From Rebecca billardiae RCC1528 (Eukaryota > Protista > Haptophyta), in NCBI GenBank assembly GCA_965240325.2, contig OZ251231.1, forward strand, positions 2,356,001-2,420,000: a DNA stretch of 64,000 bases, given 5' to 3'. The notes below the pieces were generated by a model that worked only from the letters and a program-made list of their open reading frames with translations, was not told the DNA's origin and did not search any database. Positions 45,401 to 57,078 of the stretch are shown piece after piece. The stretch's first letter is position 1. Each line of letters begins with the position of its first letter. Made by a program: the position numbers and the translations under genes.

Positions 45401-47473
45401 CTTCCTCCACCGCGGCAAGCTATACCACGCGCCGTGCCCGGTGTGCTCGACCTCGGTCTCGTTCCGGCTGCACCAGAGAGGGGACGCCATCGTGTGCCCC
45501 AACTGCGCGATGGTGTTCCACGCGGGGCGCGCGCTCAAGACGGTGGCGATGGACGCGCTCGCCGTGGTGACGATCCAGAAGCACACGCGCGGCCGGCTCG
45601 AGCGCAAGCGAGCCGAGGCGCGGCGCGCGCGCAAGGCGTCGCAGGTGCTGCAGCCGATGGCGGAGGTGCCCGAGGAGCGGGAGGCGGAGCCGCTGCCGCC
45701 GCCGCCGCCGCCGCCGCTCCCGGAGCTGATCGACACGCGCTGCCCGCACTGCTCGTGGGCGGGCACGTTCGAGCGGCCCAAGGGCGTGTCGCAGCTCTGG
45801 TGCAAGAACTGCAACAGCCCGTTCATGGAGCGGGAGGTGCAGCTGCAGCACGACGCGGCGCTGCTGATCCAACGGCACGCGCGCGGCAAGCTCACGCGCG
45901 ACCGCGGCCTCCTCTCGCCCGTCGCCAAGCTGATCAAGCGGCTGACCACGCCGGAGGTCGGGGGGCTCAACCGCACGCGCTGCCCGGCGTGCGAGACCGT
46001 CGTCACCTTCCGCCCCGAGTCGGGCGACGTGACGGTGTGCCCGAGCTGCTCGCACATGTTCTCGGGGCACGAGGCGATGCGCAAGGCGGCGGAGAAGGCG
46101 GTGCTCGACATCCAGCGCATCATCCGCGGCCGGATCATCCGCACGATGCTCAAGCGGCTCAAGCGCTCGATGCGGCCGAGCCAGCTCGTGCGCGCGAGCT
46201 CCAAGCTCAACGGCGCGCCGCCCAAGCCCGCGCCGCCCGCCGCGCCCGCGCCCGCCGCCGAGCCGCCGCCCGGCCCGCGCCGACAGCAGCGGCCGGCATC
46301 CGCCGCGCCCCGGCCGGGCCTCGCGCCGCAGCAGCGGCCGGTCTACGAGCGCGTGCCGCCGCCGCAGCCGCCTGGCGCGGGGCTCGCCCACCGCGGCCCG
46401 TCGCTGCACAGCGGCATCCTGTCGCCCGCGCCCGCGCCCGCCGCTCGCCCGGCGCCGTCCAGCCCCGAGGGCCACTCCCCGGTGCCCGGGCCTCCGGCGG
46501 GCGGCTCGGCGCACTCGCAGGTGGAGGACGACTACGGCGTGACGCGCGTCAACATGGCGCGCCCCTCGTCGGCGCGCGCCGCCGGCCGCGCGCAGCCGGC
46601 GCGCGCGGCGGGGCCGAGCGTGCGCCCAGGCCGCATCGTGCCCGCGCGAGAGCCGCAGCGCCCGCCGCCCCAGTACGACGAGGGCGGGGAGGATCTGGCC
46701 AACAGCTTCCCACCGCGCAGGCGCACGCGCGCCGCGTCCGGCGGCCGGCGGCGCCGCGCCAGTCCCAACGGGGGTGCGCGCGCACGCGCACGCGCACGCG
46801 CAGCGCCCGCGCGCTCGCGCAGCGCCCGTCGCTCCGCGCTCGCAGCGCGTGCGGCTGAGCACCTCACACGCCCGCGCGCCGCGAACGCTCCCCCCTGCGC
46901 GCCGCGCGCCGCGCAGCCACGTTCCCCAACGGCCACACGGCTGTACTCGGCCGGACGACCGTCTCGGTCGAGGAGCTGCGCGGCACGGGCGGCACGCGCG
47001 TGACCCCGCGCCCGGGGCCGCGCACGAACCGGCCGCCCTCGCCGCGCGGCAACGAGCGCCTCGAGCTGATCGCGCAGATCTACGGCATCGCCTACTCGCG
47101 TGGCAAGCAGAACAAGATCCAGCTCGAGAGGACGCCGCTGCCCAAGCAGTACCCGTGCGCGCGCCCGCCGCCGCGCGAGCTGAGCACACGGCGCTGCGCG
47201 ACCGCGCGGCCACCCACCGCACACCGCACCCGCGCGGCACTCGCGTGTTCGGATGCTCACGTCCCGCTGCCCCCGCCGCCGCGCACGCGACGTTTGCCAA
47301 CTCGCTCGCATCGCAGGGTGCGCCTGCCGCCACCGGGGCCGCCCACGACGCTGGGCCAGTCGCTGCCGCCACATTACACGGCGAATAATGGCGGTGGGGT
47401 CGGTTCCAGCAGCTCGCCGCCTGGATCAGGATCGCCGACGGATGCGCCGACGCGACGGTACGCGTGGAATTGA
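42495..47473 (+). CDS. Tandem C4 zinc-ribbon / IQ-motif repeat protein (introns 46774..46916, 47155..47316)
   Basis: 14 CxxC-x16/17-CxxC units, 12 followed by [IV]QxxxR[GRS]xxxR; Pro-rich linkers; GTGCGCG donors lead to a C-terminal exon ERLELIAQIYGIAY. Confidence 0.85.
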
Positions 47474-47662
47474 TTGACGATGGTGATCGATGCATGATCA
47501 TCTTCGACGATCATCAGACGATCGCACGCCCGATCGTCGCAATAACGCGTGATGATGATCATGGTGCGTTTAATCGTCAGCAGAGTGTCGCACCGCTAGG
47601 CACTGATCACTTGATCAGTCATCAGACGAGACTGACGATCATACGCACAGGAGGAGTTCAGC

Positions 47663-48952
47663 ATGGCGGCGGCCACGACAAAAGATTCTTATTCCACGGC
47701 GGCAACGCCGCGTGTGCTCCGGCGATCGTCGAGTTTCTTCCGACGCGAGCTCTCCGGGTCGTACTCGTTCGCCATCGTTGTGACCCTCGCTCTGTGTGTC
47801 GCTGTGCTCGACCCCGTCAAGTGCCTGTGGGGCGGCATACAAGTCGTCCGTTCGCTGTGCCCGGCTCGATTTGCGCACAACTTGCCAAGCATGCTCGCGA
47901 CAACAGAGCAGTGGTGCTGGCAGATGTGGAGGGCGCGCTCGGCATCCGCCGCGAGCATCGCGCCACGGCCGATCCTCGAGCTCACGCCGGACGAGTTCGA
48001 CGCCATGCGCACAGTGCCGACAGACCGACCTTTTGTGGTGTGCTGCGCGCATGAGACACGCACACAAGCAGTGGCAGCCCGTGCCACGCGTCCCATGAGC
48101 GTACCGTGCGCGTGCTTGCGAGCGGCGCGCGTCGCGCCGCGCCCGGCTCGCGTGACGCGCCCGCCCCCTGCGCGTCCACTCGCCCCGACGCCACCGCCCG
48201 GCGCCTGACAGGTGCGCGGGTACCTCAATCGGACGCGGCTGCGCGCCACGTGGACGGCGGAGTGGCTCTCTGAGTCGCCCGGCCGCGGGGACATGCCCGT
48301 CGACTTCTTCACTGACGCGCGTGAGGCGATCATCACGCCAGACGCGCGCGCGCCGCTGCGCGAGGTCGTCGCGAATATCACGGCCGGAGGCGCGCAGAAG
48401 CTGGCGACAGAGATGGTCTTCCGGGCGGAGCCGGCCGCGGTGGGCGCGCTCGCCGAGCTCAGCCTGGGGGCCAAGCTGGGCCGGCAGTACTTCACGCCCG
48501 CCATGCTCGGCACGATTCTGACCATGCCGCTGTTCATGGCCCGGGGCGACGAGCGACGAGCGCCGCGCACGGACATGCACTGCGAGCCGATCGCCAACGC
48601 CGTGCTCATGCTCGAGGGCTCCAAGCGCTGGACGCTGCTGGCGCCCGAGCACTCACACCTCGTCTCTCCGCAGGTGAGCCCCGATGGGCGCGCCTACTTC
48701 TACGCGCGCATACCGGCCGGAGACCCGGCGTTCGGCCGGCTGCCGCGGCACGAGGTGCGCACGTATGGCGGGGACGTGCTGTTCGTGCCCACGTGGACGT
48801 GGCACCGCGTGGACTATGACGATGGCGTGCTCGCGATCGCCGTCTCACTCTTCCACTTCCGCCCATTCGACTTTGGCTTCAACCACCCCACATATGCGGC
48901 GCTCCTCGTGCCAAATCTGGTCAAGGAGCTGTTCGGCCTGAAGAAGCAGTAG
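47663..48952 (+). CDS. JmjC/cupin-8 Fe(II)-2OG oxygenase (intron 48038..48211)
   Basis: N-terminal TM; PFV|VRG after splicing; TDMHCEP, GSKRWTL, GDVLFVPTWTWHRV. Confidence 0.85.
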
Positions 48953-49071
48953 GAGCGACGGTGCCAGCAGCATCGCACCGCCGAGTCGCCAATCGGACGC
49001 GCGATGTCATCAGTTAGTATAGTTACAGTAGTAGGCGACGACGACCGGTATTAATAGTATGACACACACAT

Positions 49072-49074
<3 letters not shown>

Positions 49075-49123
<49 letters not shown>

Positions 49124-49160
49124 TCGTCGCGTCATCAAAAAACCCATATATATATATATA
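49075..49160. repeat. (TA)n microsatellite
   Basis: Direct reading; further (TA)n at 52825-52850 and 62880-62920. Confidence 0.95.
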
Positions 49161-50258
49161 TCGATCTACGCGGTATACTATTAACCAAATAAAGTATTAT
49201 TACCCGCCTGGCATTGACGACGATCAAATACTGTCAATGCACTTATGCGTCGTAGTGATGCATATATAGTACTAGTGGGGCTCCACGTTCCTTACTACTA
49301 CATCCTCATCCTGTCGGCGCGCTGTTGCATCGGCGCCTAGTCGGCGAGTTCGGACGACGACGTTTTGTGGACGACGGTGGGGCGAGGACGACGGGCGCTG
49401 GCGCGCCGCGAGGCGGCCGCAGCCCTCATCCAGGCCTCGCAGGCGGAGGGCTGAACGAATTTTCCGGCGGCGCTACCATCGGCGACGGCTTCATGGGCGG
49501 TGACAGTTGGCGGGCGTCAATCTCGCCTGCCTGAGCTGTGTGCGTCTCTTATTCTTATAGTAAACAGTACTGAGCTAGTCGAGCCTCGAGGGGCCGTTCG
49601 GACTAGCTGCAGGGTCCACATCGGTACATCGTCCCCAAAGTGAGCGCTAGATGCCCCACGCCATAGGCGCTTCAGAAAGCCCCGTAACGCCACCGCGCCA
49701 ACTCCGCCGCCATCTGGCCGTGAGCCCGCCATTCTTGCGAGCAGATCTACAGTAGCTAGCTGAGTTTCAAAGCCAAAAATCGGAAGTTTATGGCCGCGCC
49801 TCAGTAGCCGCCGAACAAAACCTCGCCGTGGCCGAAGCTTCCATCGGACAACCCGCCAAGACGTGGGGAATCGGCGACCAAGCCGACAGCTCGCCCGGAG
49901 GCCAATGCCTCGCCGAGCGACGCATGGACGGCATGGCTGCCAAACGTCACTGCACATTCCGACAAACCAGCACTTTGGGTGCTTGCAGCTTGGGCCCAGG
50001 AGAGGCGGCCGCGAGCCGGGCGACTGAACCTGATGGCGTTGGGAGCGACGGCGGCTGGAGCGGATCCGGATGGGCACCCAGGCCTAAGAACAGATGATGA
50101 TGCATGACGCTCACGCAGGCGAGTCGGATTGTCTGCAGCTGCTCCCCTGAGTGCTCATCCACACAGTCGTGACGCCGGGGGCTTTGGCCGCGCTTTCACT
50201 ATACTTTCAGTCAGTTATTCATTCACGACGAGTTCATTCATCATCATCAAGTAGTTTT

Positions 50259-50562
50259 ATGGCGCACGGCCCCCCCCCGAAAGGTCTGAGCGTGAGCGAA
50301 AGCCGGGGGGGGGGGGGGGCGGCGCACGTGCTCCGCAAAATCAAAAAGAGGATGCGCGCAGGATTTTGGGGATTTTTCGGTAGGTGGCCACCGCGTATGA
50401 GTGGATATCGCTGCCGCAATGATTGCGTTTGTAGTAGATGCTAATTTTAACGATAGTAACACTTAGGGGAATGCAGGGTGGAATAGCACATAACACCAGC
50501 CGTGTGTTAGAACATTCCGTCATAGTAAGATGCCTGAATTGTAAGAGCCTGAAACAGCTCGC
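50259..50562. repeat. Dispersed repeat R1, copy 2
   Basis: Colinear diverged homology with 33018..33382. Confidence 0.85.
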
Positions 50563-53369
50563 CGACCATAGAAACGATAGGTTGGGTCGTCAGCTTTGAT
50601 TCACGCGCTTCTGAAAAACAGCGTTTTAGATTAGACGCATCCCTCTTCTCTTAAGAGAACTGCGCTTCAAAAACACCGTTTCAACGAAAGACGATCGCCC
50701 GCCATTCAACTGAAACGAGATTCTGCATAAAGCGAACCAAACATTTGGTTCGGTGGCAATCAGAGGTGGGTACGCAATACGACACGAAATGACTACATCA
50801 GATATCACGCCTTAACCAAGTGTGCACGTTAAATCATAGTAAACTGTAGTACGGGGTTCAGAGTGCGCAGCAGTGCAAGGTCGGGTTGCGAGGCGGCGCG
50901 GGGCTTGAGCCGTCGCAGAGCCTCCCGGATGGCGGGATGGCCGTGTGTGTGCGCGAGCGCCCGCCTCGCGTCGCGCGCCCCGCGCGCAGAGCGCGCGCTC
51001 GGCCGCGCGCGACGCGGCGGAGTCGAGGCTGACGTATGCCCCTGGCCCACTTCGCGCCGCGCAACGCCGCCCACGCCCATCGCCGCTCGCACGCGCAGGC
51101 CTGCCGCGCACGGCTTCGGGGCTTTTCAGCGCATTCAGGCTGGCGGCGGCGCGCCGGGCCGAGGGCTCGGCCGGTGTTGCACCCCTCGGCCAGGCCGAGA
51201 CTTGGCGGAGGCGCGGGTAGTGCCATCGCATGCCCAGATCCCGGGCCTCGCCGTCAGAGTGTGCACGCGAGGCGCGCTGTCATGGTCGACAGGTGAGGCG
51301 CCGCGTGCTCGCCCTCGAGCGGGCAGCGGACGGACCGGCAGGGCGCGCGCACACAGCGGGGCTGTCGAGCTGCTTGCGACTGGGCAGCTCGACGGCGCGT
51401 GCCCTGGCCCTGGGCTGGTAGGCGTGCGCGGGTTCGGAGGCCGGTGAACGCTCGGCGCGGACCCACGTGTCTTGCCGGGCACGGTTGCGCGACACGTCTC
51501 GAGAGTCGAGTGGCATCAGAGCGCTTGCCGACGTGCTGACGGGCCCAACCGCCGGGCCGATGCCCACGCATTGGCCGGGATGCGACCGGCCTCCGCGTCC
51601 TCCGCAGCTGCCTGGAGCCGTCGACCCGCCGCCCAAGGCCCGCGGCCGGCGGGCCGCGCTGTCCGATAGCTCGCGGCACGCAGCAGGCCGCAAGGTCTAC
51701 GCGCTGCGTCAGCGCGAGAGGGCTGAGTTCGCAGTGAGGGATATCCTCACCACGTCTGGAAGAGTTCTAGGAGCTGACGCAGGTTCACGGACCATAGGCT
51801 GCTCGTCATTCGTCCCGCGAACCGGCAGCGGGCAGCATCAGGCTCAACTTCCCAGTCGTCGCGGCTGACGACTTCACTCACGGACTTGGCAATCAATCCT
51901 TGATCGCGGTCCTTCAGCTGCGAGCGCCCGGCACCACCGTGCCCGGCACCGGCTGGCTGCCGACGACAGCGACCTGAGACGGCCGGACGGTGGTGCATGC
52001 TGCTCATTGCCGCGTCCGAATGTACGTGGTGCAGAGCGCGTCACGGCCGGTCGTTCTATACGCGATGATAGAATTAGATCCGCCGCACTAGCCTAGGGCC
52101 GCACCGCCGGCCACCGGGTGTTCATCGTTGCCATTGGGCCCGGCGGTGCGGCGCGCGGCACCGGCCGGCGGTCCACTGCTGACACTCGTTCCGTCACGGC
52201 AGCTTCTAGGAAGCCAGTCGCGTGGGCATAGCGCGCCTCTCTGCCCGCGCGGCATGTGGGATGATGTCAGGCTGCCGGATGTGACTGGCTTGGACCACTG
52301 ACCAGGCTGCGGGAGCATGTCGCTGATGCATTCCAGAAGACTTCTCAGGGGAACCAGACGATGACGGCACTCGTCGTGATCAGTCGAGTCGTCAAGTGAT
52401 AATGACGCCAGAATCGTCGCGCCACGTGCCGGCACCGTTAGAAGGCAGATGAACAACTCGCGCGTAGTCCCGCTGAGAGCGTATGTATGTACGGTATGGC
52501 TGCGGCTGCAACGCGCAGTCGTCTGACGCAGTCATCACTCGACGGATGCCTGACTGCCTGACCGACGAGACGAGCCACAGGCTTAGATCTGCGAGCGGCG
52601 AGTCTGCGACGATGGCGAGGTGGCATAATAACATATGCTACGGGCGACGCCGTGCTCCCCTCTCAGTCTAACCCGTGCTCGCAGTCGCCCTCGTGTACGG
52701 CGACGCGCCGGGCGCGCGCGCAACGTGATTCAGCAGTCGTGAAGAACGCGCGCGACAACTAGATACCAGGGCCGTGCGCCCTCAACTTCGTTGTTTACTA
52801 CCCGAAGATCGGCGTAGCCGATCATATATATATATATATATATATATATACGCCAGACGGTGCGTCGAGCTTCCGCTCGGCGATGGAGTGATGGGCGACT
52901 ATGAGGGGGGGGACGACGGCGAGGAGCGCTGATCCTGGTGTTTGTCTCTGCTGCTCGATCTGCTGCTACAGCTTGCTGACTCTGACGCCTGCCCGTTGCA
53001 TACCACGTCGTTAATATATATATATACTTCTTATAATAGTGACAAGTCCGGACGGACCGCGGACTCGGTCGGGACTACGCCAGGCAGTTGAAAAAACCGG
53101 CGGGCGCGAAATTCTATGCGACGATTAATTTGTGTGGCGGGTAGTTTTTGACATATCAAACGCGGGCCGCAGTATTCCGTTACAACTCGTACAGTAAGGC
53201 CGTACCATAAGCTCGCTGAGCTGTGTGATGACTCGACTTGCGGCAAAGGCTCCGCCGCTCCGAGTCCGCGGGCTCGTCACTAGGCGCAGCAGTCGTGAGT
53301 CGTCGGCATCTTCGCTGCGCGCCCAGTTCGTGGACTGATTCGCGATGCGCTCCTCGGTCAGCCGGCGGA

Positions 53370-54620
53370 TCACTGCTCCACGGCGCCCATGGGCGCGTAG
53401 TGGGGCTGGGGCACCGCGCTCTCTGTTACCACGACAGTGACCTCGCTGACGAGAGAGCCGTCTCGCGGCAGCGAACCCGCTGGCGGAGGTGGGTGATGCA
53501 TGATTATGCTGCCGTCTTGCAGGTGGTGCTGGGTCATCCCGACATGCATCGCCATGGGAGCCACCATCGTCGCCACCGGCATCGCTGTCGGCGGCCGCGT
53601 CGCGTCCGAGAGCATGTGCAGCCCGCTGCTCGCGTGCACGTCGGTGCTGTGCATGCCGTGTGGATTTGGAGCCATCGGCGGCGCGACCGAATACATGCCG
53701 TTCGGGACAACGACCGATGTGGGCTCCCGGGAGTACTGCTTGACCATGCCGGGCTGCATCGTGCCGTTCGGCGCGGGCATCGTCTGCCCGATGGTCATGT
53801 GCTGCTGGGGCGCCTGCGGCGGAGCTGTGGCCGAGCCCTGCGGCTGCTGCTGCAGCGGCTGCTTCGCGGCAGACGACTGGCGCAGCGCGCGCGCGAGTGC
53901 GCGGGGGCAGGGCGAAGGTGGGGCGGAGCGGCAGCGAATCAGCGCGCCGGCAGGGGGGCGCGAGGGCACACGCGTGCGCAGGCACCGCCGGGATCGGCCC
54001 GCTCGGCGCGAAGCTCACACCTGCTTCGCAGCGCGCAGCCCGCACGCGTTGCAGAGCGTGTTGTTGTTGCGCCACTTGGGCGTGTTGGTCGTCCCGCACG
54101 AGGTGCAGCAGCGCGACTCGTCGGGCGCGGGGTCCGCGTCGGCATGAGCCGGCCCGCCACCGTTCTCGCTGGGGGCCGCCCTCTCCGAGCCCGCCAGCTG
54201 CGCAGGCGTGGCCGTCACGCGCGCGGTGTTCGCCGGTGGCTGTTGCACCGGCTGTGGCGGCGGCGGCGGCGGCCGCGCCTGCCCGCTGTCCTGCGCTTTC
54301 CGCTTCGTGCCGCTGGCCGTGCCCTTGTTGGGCAGCTGCGCCGCAAGCGCCTGCAACGGCGGGTGCGCCGCGGCGAGATTGATCAGCGTGGCGAGCGCGT
54401 CGTCAGTCGCCTGGGCGTTCTCCGCGAGCGAGCGCTGTTGCTCAGCTGCCACCTCGGGCGACGCGCGCGCGGGCGCGCCGGAGAGCTTTGCTCGCAGCTG
54501 CTCGTTTTGGTGGCGCAGCTCGGCGATCTGCGTCTGCTGGTTTTGGATCACGTTGAGCATGTGGCGCACGAGATCGAGCGTCCCTTCCTGCCGCGCGGGA
54601 GCGTCCGCATCGCTAGCCAT
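53370..54620 (-). CDS. GATA-type zinc-finger transcription factor (intron 53877..54020)
   Basis: CTSCGTTNTPKWR....LCNACGLR; N-terminal coiled coil; Q/P/M-rich C-terminal exon. Confidence 0.85.
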
Positions 54621-54826
54621 CTCCACCAGCCGCCTCTCCGATCCCAATCCCGGTGGGCAGGCGCTGCGCAGGGCTGTCGTCCCGAGAAGGATCTTCGCCA
54701 GTGGCAAGATCCGGGATGCGTTCAGTTGACGAACCTGGCTCTCAACGAAGTATTAACGATGATGATCATCTAGGATCATTGAGTAACGGCTTGCCTCCCG
54801 AGCCCGGGCCCGGGCCGGCTGTTACG

Positions 54827-57078
54827 ATGGCGTCGAGCAACCCGCCCGGCGGCGGCGCACGCGGCAAGGCGCCGAGACGGCCGCCGCGGAACGTGCCGAT
54901 CTCGCAGCTGCGCGAGATCAACGAACCAATCGCCTCGCTCACCCCCCGCTCGTACGAGGCGTGCATGCGCTGCGGCATCGACCCGCAGACGCTGCAGCCC
55001 GCCGTGCTCGAGGACTTCCTCGACGGCAAGACGGACAAGCTGGTCGCGGAGAAGATGCTGCAGCACGTGACGCGCCGCCGCGAGCAGAACATCGGGCTGG
55101 TCGAGCAGGAGAAGGAGCGCTACGTCCGCGAGCAGGAGCGGAGCGCGCTCAAGAACGCCAGCCACATGTCCTCGACCGCGGGCAAGTCAGCGACCGGCGG
55201 CGAGCTGAGCGCGATCGGGATCGCCGGCCCGGACTCGAGCACGTACCTCGAGCTCGAGAGGAGGCGGCTCGAGAAGATCGAGTACCTGCGGCAGAAGGAG
55301 ATGGAGCGCATGATCGAGGCCGAGCGTAAGACCGCGCTCATCCACGCGCGCAACGCCGCGCGCGAGGAGAAGGAGCTCGCGGCCAAGGAGGAGCGCGAGG
55401 CGGAGCGGCGGCGCCGCATGGACGAGCGCGCCAAGAAGGCGGCGCAGATCGAGCTGGAGAAGAAGCAGAAGGCGGAGGACGACATGCGGTTCCAGAAGGA
55501 GATGGCCGCGCGGCTGCGCAACGCCGAGCAGCGCCGCGAGCAGATCCAGCGCGAGGAGGAGGAGCTGAGGCGGCGGGAGGCGGCGAAGCTGCGCGCCGAG
55601 CAGCAGGCCGCTGAGATGGCGCGCCGCGCCGAGCTCGAGCGGCGCGAGCACGAGCGCGAGGAGATGAAGTACCGGAAGCTGCAGCAGCTGCGCGCGGCGG
55701 AGCAGGCGGTCGCGGAGAACATCGAGCGCGCCAAGGAGGAGCGCCGCGAGGCGCTCCTCGCCAAGCGCCGCGCGGCGGAGGAGCGCATCCAGAAGGCCCT
55801 CTCCGACAGCGCCGCGCGGCAGGAGAAGATCTACTCCGACTTTGAGCGCAAGAAGCGGGAGGTGCGCGCACACTCGCCAGGAGCGCAGCGGGGAGCGAGG
55901 GGCGCGCGCGGGGGGAAGAAGGCAGGGGTGGGGGCATGCGCGCGGCGCGGTGCGGCGCGGTGCGGTGCGGCGCGTGCCGCGTGCCTGCGTGCGCGCTCGC
56001 CGAGCCGCTCACCCGCCCTGCCCCGCCCCGCCCCGCCCCGCCCCGGCAGGCGGAGGAGCGTCAGCGCGAGCAGGAGGAGCAGGAGCGCGCGCGCAAGGAG
56101 GAGCAGGCGCGCGAGAGGGAGGCGCACGCCGCGCAGAAGCGCGCGCGCAAGGAGGCAGTGGCGCGGGCGGAGCAGGAGCGCGTCGAGGCACTCGTCGCGG
56201 CGGGGCACGACGGGCAGCGCGTGATGGACGAGAACCGCAGGCGGCGCGAGCACGAGATCGCGCTGCGCAAGCTGGAGCGGGACCTGCGGATGGCGGACAA
56301 GCACGAGGTGTGCGAGCGGATCACCAAGGCGAGCGAGTACCGACGCAAGCTGGTGCGCGCGCGGGGCGGGCAGCGGCCGGCCGGCGCGCGCACAGGGTGG
56401 GGCGGGGCGAGGGCGCGGCGCGGGCGAGCGCGCACGCGCGTGTGCGCCAAGCCGCGCGCTGTTCGACCGCCGCGTGCGTGCGCAGGTGGCGCACAAGATC
56501 GAGGAGGACGACGAGCGCGCGGCGCGCATCAAGGCGCAGCGCGAGGAGCTGATCCGGCAGCGCAAGGCGAACCAGAAGGAGCAGATCACTCGCAAGCACC
56601 AGGTGATGGCCAAGCTCGAGGAGATCAAGGTGAAGAACAAGTGGGACGAGGCAAACCAGCTAGGGGTCACGGACGGTGCGCGCGGGCGCAGCGCGGCGCG
56701 CGCGCCCGGACGGCGGCGCCGTACACGCACACACGAGGCACTCTGCACGCCGTGCGCCCGCGCGCGCGAGCAGGTGGGAAGCACGGCCGGAAGGGCCGGC
56801 AGGACAGCAGCCTCAGCGCCACCCATCCTGGTGACCGAAGAGAACAGCCAGAATAGGACAGCCCGATCAGCTCCACGCTCGCGATGCAGTTTGCCCATGC
56901 ACGTGCGCCCTCCATCACCAGGCTCACGCGCACCCGCCGCTGCGCCTGCCGCTCGCGTGCTCGCCGCACCTTGGCTGTGTTTTGCACGCTCTGGTCGTCG
57001 CATTCCGCAGCAACGTTGAGCGGAGAGCGCGGCGGCGGCGGCGATGGACTACAGCCAGCCTTCTCTGCGACGGCGTAG
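54827..57078 (+). CDS. Long charged coiled-coil protein, possibly cytoskeletal/flagellar (introns 55862..56049, 56353..56485, 56676..57010)
   Basis: E/R/K/A-rich helical sequence continuous across three GTGCGCG..CAG introns; N-terminal SLTPRSYEACMRCGIDP; last exon less certain. Confidence 0.75.

Noticed and set aside
42600-46150. CRISPR-like or non-coding repeat array
   Set aside because: The repeats are in-frame protein modules, not repeat-spacer units, and the context is eukaryotic
49570-52700. Possible genes or TE ORFs in the long gap
   Set aside because: Only short low-complexity ORFs; no RT, transposase or other motif recognised
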